64,000 nt of DNA, taken from NCBI RefSeq assembly GCF_006345805.1, contig NC_043010.1, forward strand, positions 16,306,001 through 16,370,000, in the 5' to 3' direction. A model generated the notes under the pieces. It was given only the letters and a program-made list of their open reading frames with translations, ran no database searches and was not told the origin of the DNA. Source of the stretch: Octopus sinensis (Eukaryota). This document shows positions 62,718-64,000 of this stretch, in pieces. Numbering within the stretch: the first letter of the stretch is position 1; every line of letters begins with the position of its first letter. The position numbers and the translations under genes are program-made.

Positions 62718-64000
62718 AGTGCCGATTTCTCCGAAACAGTCTTCATATTTTTCTAATATGTCGTTTGTGTTCGACGAATTTATTTTTGAAATTCTCTGAA
62801 TCGGGTTCAGATCTTTAGCTGTCTTTGCATCTATAACTGCGTGCGAGTTTGTTTTTGCAACAATGAATTTTATTTGCTTTGATAATTCTTTGTATTAATG
62901 ACTGCTGTGCATTTTCCTAGCACTTTTATAGCTGTGTTATTGTAAGCTGATAATCGAGTTGAGGTTTTTGCAGTTGTGGTTTTGGAATTATATTTTTATT
63001 CTCTGAATGGCAGTACGGTTACGTCTGCTCCAGTATCAATTTTGAATGTTACATTCGAGTTGTTCACTTTTAGTTCGACCGTCCAAATGTCTTTTGAAGT
63101 CTTGAATTTTCGATTTTGTGCACGCGGGAATTATTTGCAGTGATCATTCGAGTGCATGTGTATCGTCATCTGATTCATCGTCGGTATGTATCTCTACTTT
63201 ATGTACAAATTTTCTTGATTTGCACATTTTTGCATAGTGTCCTTGTTTCTTGCATTTTTCACATGTCTTGTGAAATGCTGGGCATTTATTTCTTTTGTGA
63301 TTATAACCACAATAGTGACAGTTAGTGACGTAGTGTTGACTTGGCGCTTGAAACTTCGCGGGCTTTCTGTCACTTCCGCCTTGTTCGTTTTGATGTCTGG
63401 ATTGCATATGGGAGTTATTTGAGTTTTGGCGCCTTTTCTGTCGTGTTGACTATATACCCTCGAGATTTCGTTATCTCTTGTTTCGGATGTGGCATTTAGC
63501 ATCCTTGATTGGAGTCGTGTTTGCTCTGCACTCTGACCTGCTTGAATTGTTTTTTGTAGGTCTAAATTTGGTTCTCTCAATAATCTTTCTCTTAATCTCA
63601 TGTCTCTGATTCCACATATCAGAATATCTTTGGTGAGACTGTCTGTGAGGTTGCCGAATTCGCACTTTGTGCCTTTTGGCGCAACTCTACCACGTACTCA
63701 TCGAATTTTGATGTTCCGCTTGTCCACATGTGAAGAATTTGTGTCTCAGGAAAGTTATTTTTCCTGGGTTCACAATATGCATTGAATTTTTCGATTACTG
63801 TTGAAGGTTCATTTCTTCGTCGGGTGAATCGAAATCCAGAGTGGAATGGATGTCTCGGCCTTTGGAACCGATGCAAGTTAAAAACATTGAAGTTTTTACT
63901 TTGTCTGGCTTCATGTCACTTTCTGTTGCTATCAAAAAGAGATTGAATTCTTTTTTCCACTTTTTCCATGCTGCGGCTAGATTTTCCTGATTAAAGTCTA

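Larger units (their letters stand above)
59828..64000 (-). mobile_element. Ty3/Gypsy LTR retrotransposon, Mag-like, frameshifted; continues beyond the window
   Basis: Order gag-PR-RT-RH-IN. Gag knuckles CHYCGYNHKRNKC and CEKCKKQGHYAKMC; protease KIDTGAD; RT LRLCLDP, LDASNGYWQI and SQDD; RNase H DASKHGLGAILEQ; integrase HHCC, VGTDVF, SDNGPEF and VERNIQT. Confidence 0.96.

Noticed and set aside
1-64000. CRISPR arrays, rRNA, bona fide tRNA genes, prokaryotic operons
   Set aside because: None seen. The tRNA-like boxes occur only as SINE heads and the sequence is spliced eukaryotic DNA.

Overview
AT-rich, microsatellite-laden animal genomic DNA. The SINE families and repeat style point to an Octopus-like cephalopod (inference). 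The main feature is the 3' part of an adducin (hts/ADD) gene on the + strand. Ten core coding exons between 999 and 45673 splice in frame through canonical AG/GT sites, from the end of the class II aldolase-like head to a MARCKS-like basic C-terminus (KKEKKKKKFRIPSFSKKKK). The 5' exons lie upstream of the window. The roughly 32 kb between 12911 and 45167 holds a series of short, frame-preserving phase-1/phase-1 cassette exons and candidate alternative first and last exons. These include two calcineurin-docking-like (PxIxIT) peptides, a class I PDZ-ligand ending (-TAV*), and nearby RBFOX/QKI-type motifs. The introns carry SINEs, decayed RTE-type LINEs and several MITEs (piggyBac-, Kolobok/T2- and hAT-like). 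Downstream (54.8-64 kb) are three minus-strand elements: an RTE/BovB-like LINE ending in three decayed C2H2 fingers, a mariner remnant, and a Mag-like Ty3/Gypsy LTR element. The Gypsy element is inserted inside the mariner and has SQDD in place of YxDD. All exon calls are manual splice-site and frame readings; no alignments or database searches were run.
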